A DNA stretch of 62,990 nucleotides, filler included, from Rhabdomonas costata (Eukaryota), in assembly GCA_019059605.1 (NCBI GenBank). It is 41 parts of 41 records of this genome, joined end to end, with 100 filler letters (N's around TTAATTAATTAA, not from the genome) between each part and the next. Parts side by side here need not be neighbours in the genome. Positions count along the whole stretch, not along the records: positions 60,015 to 61,452 come from JAHMHO010015947.1; positions 61,553 to 62,990 come from JAHMHO010015948.1; 39 more parts are not named here. One strand, written 5' to 3'. Position 1 is the first letter of the stretch. Each line of letters starts with the position of its first letter. The translations under genes were made by a program, and so were the position numbers. The notes under the pieces are model-generated. The model saw only the letters and a list, made by a program, of their open reading frames with translations. It made no database searches and had not been told where the DNA came from. Below, one piece after another: positions 60,641-62,990 of this stretch.

Positions 60641-62990
60641 GTGCGCCAGGCTGGCTTTTTTCTGTCGTGTCATATCGTGACTGACATGTCTGTCCCGGAG
60701 CTGAAAATCGGCATCATTTTTGATGGCCTTTCGGAATCGGTTGAATACGGAAGGCGCTCAATGCAAATGCAGACAAATGTACGAAGAGAGGACATACTGA
60801 GATGATTTGGGTGTGCAAACGAGGAAACGTCCAGAATGGTACCGTGGTGGGAGAGATTGTTAAGGCAATAATGTGGCCTTGTTGCGGCAAAACCTCACGG
60901 ATGGTAAAGGAGTGAGATTGAACATTGTTCCTGTTCACCTTCTGAACCGTAAAGTGGAGAGGGAACACTTCTGCCCGAAAAGACGTAACGTCAAATAAAA
61001 ATCCCAATGGACACAGCCTAGTGAAAGAATAGAGGGCGCGGCACACAAAAGCAAGGAATTCAAGAATGAGGAGAGGCGAGATGGATGGAATAGAGGATGC
61101 AGATGAGGCTCGGTCTCCAGTTGACTGGACTGTGTGTTACGTCGTTAGCTTCGTCCTTTAGCAAATGAGAAACGGTTCTGCAACTACCAATCACCTTTTC
61201 TAGGAGCCTGCGTACTTCTTTTTTGGATTCTTTTCGTTTGCAAAGGCTTGGAACTGGTGTGTGGGGTTTTACGGCAATGCTCTGTGCTACCACGGCCCCC
61301 CAACGCGGCGGAGCTTCACACCTTTCAGGAGTTCGTCACTGCCCGCCTGCATGACACGCCGTGCATCCAGGTGGCTGCGGAAGGTGTGAATGAGAGAGCC
61401 TCAGGTCCCCAGTTACTTTGATGAGCCCCTTTCATTTGCGAAACCAACAACANNNNNNNNNNNNNNNNNNNNNNNNNNNNNNNNNNNNNNNNNNNNTTAA
61501 TTAATTAANNNNNNNNNNNNNNNNNNNNNNNNNNNNNNNNNNNNNNNNNNNNTGTGGGTGGGAAAAGCCGCAGCAGATAGGCATGAAGTACTCAGTAACA
61601 GTGTTGGGGTTTTTTCTGACCAAAAACAAGTGCAAATTGACAATATCTTTTTTCGCCATGAGGACAGCTGCTCTAATATTAGTTAGAGAATGATTAGGGT
61701 AACATGCGGGTAGGGTCAACTTAACCCGACAAAAGCAGCACCAAGGACATTAGAGTGGTTCTACCAAAAGCCCCAACCCACCGGAAAACTAAAGCAGAGG
61801 CGTTGCACACTAGACGCCGCCGCTTGGCCCAATCCAATTGAATAAGCGGGGCATCGCCCTCAAAAAATCGGGCCCTTGAAAGGGAAGGGAAGGATGTGTG
61901 CGTGGGAGGGTTATTCTGAGGACACCTCAATGTCAGCAGCTGGGTCTTGTCCTTGCTCGGTGGTACCCAAGGGGTAATCCACCTGTTGCACCATAGACAC
62001 TTGGTACAGGTACAGCTCCGGCGCGAAGCTGTGTGGGAAATACCATTCAGAAGGGCGTTGCCAGACGTGGGAGAATGTAACATGAAAGCGAGGCATGATT
62101 GGAAGCGTGCAGCAAAACAGGGGAGGGGGAGGTGGAGAGGAGGTACATACCTGGCTTGCTGGAAGCCCCCTGCGGCAATCGCGGCGAACTGCTGCAGACA
62201 AACGGTGTGACCAAGGGAGGAAAACTGGAGACTCTGACGCCTATCCGTGAGAGACAGGGCCATCGACACACGACAAACACTGACGACTCAGTGATTCCAC
62301 CACTCTACCGCTCAATACATGCACGGGATTCGGCCTCTCCGGTTGAACTAGCCCCATCAGCCCTGCATACTTTCTGCCTCGTCCGTATATGTGGTGTAAA
62401 TGTGGTGCAATACACATTGCTTCCTCGCCTCCAGAGGCGGGTCTGCGGTGAGGGGGGGTCTCAACTGAGTGGAGGATGCGAGCCTTTGGCAGCGGGTTGC
62501 TGCCGCAATGGCCTCCCTCCCAACCTTGCCCGATGTGCTTGGAGGTGGCAGAACGGCTAGGCCACGTAAATTTGATGGGTGAAATGGGAAGTGAGATGTG
62601 GGGGTCTGAACCGCACCACTGGGACTGGTGGGGTGGGGGGAGCGAGAGAGGCCTGGAGCCCTTCTTGCTGAAACATCACTGTCCGCCAAAGCTCGGCCAT
62701 GGTAGTTTCTTGAGCATGAAGTCTGGCTCGCAGCGCGACTTCCGTCTCAGCGGAGATATACCGCAAAAATGGGCGGCGTCACGTTCGTGTGCGCATCCTT
62801 TGTGCCCCCTTCATGGCTGAAGGAATGATACTGTCTTTGTTTGGATTTTTCTACCATTTTAACTAAGAAGTTTTCAAACATCAGTGGCGCTTCAGCTTCT
62901 GGAATCATGAAAGACATAAAGTGACCCGCGGAGGGATTTTTGTACCTGCGTCTCTGGGTGACAGTTGATAGGAGCGATGTACCCAAAACC

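Noticed and set aside
1441..61552. Regularly spaced TTAATTAATTAA as a CRISPR-like or biological repeat
   Set aside because: It is embedded in N runs and is a synthetic six-frame-stop linker.
1..62990. tRNA, rRNA or SL-RNA genes
   Set aside because: The GTTCGA occurrences I checked lack cloverleaf context, and no rRNA-like segment was recognised. A tRNAscan-SE or Infernal run would be needed to exclude them fully.

Overview
This is not one locus. It is an artificial concatemer of 41 unrelated ~1.44-kb contigs joined by 40 identical 100-nt linkers (N44-TTAATTAATTAA-N44), so synteny across linkers means nothing and most ORFs in the supplied track are spurious. The DNA is from an intron-rich eukaryote with GT/GC-AG introns and TTAGGG repeats. 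It is most plausibly a euglenid (inferred from receptor-cyclase ectodomains, GH81, a TSET subunit and trans-splice-like signals). It was whole-genome amplified with G/T-only (GenomePlex-type) primers, which left primer remnants and fold-back chimeras at contig ends. Splicing by eye recovers fragments of CNNM, an N4BP2-like kinase, NAP1, an SDR, TFIIH p52, GET4, a SEC/OGT-type O-GlcNAc transferase, a hybrid-kinase receiver, a kelch-like propeller, GH81, a class III cyclase and related ectodomains, an HNH nuclease, a purple acid phosphatase, TPLATE, WRAP73, LUC7, a gamma-CA-like protein and MMS19. The best leads are an intron-containing Crinkler-type HNH endonuclease, a TSET/TPLATE subunit, a GH81 lacking the first Glu of its catalytic motif, relaxed splice sites and a 55-bp TA-flanked mini-MITE. 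No multi-gene novel system can be demonstrated from 1.4-kb pieces. All homology calls come from recognising motifs, not from database searches.
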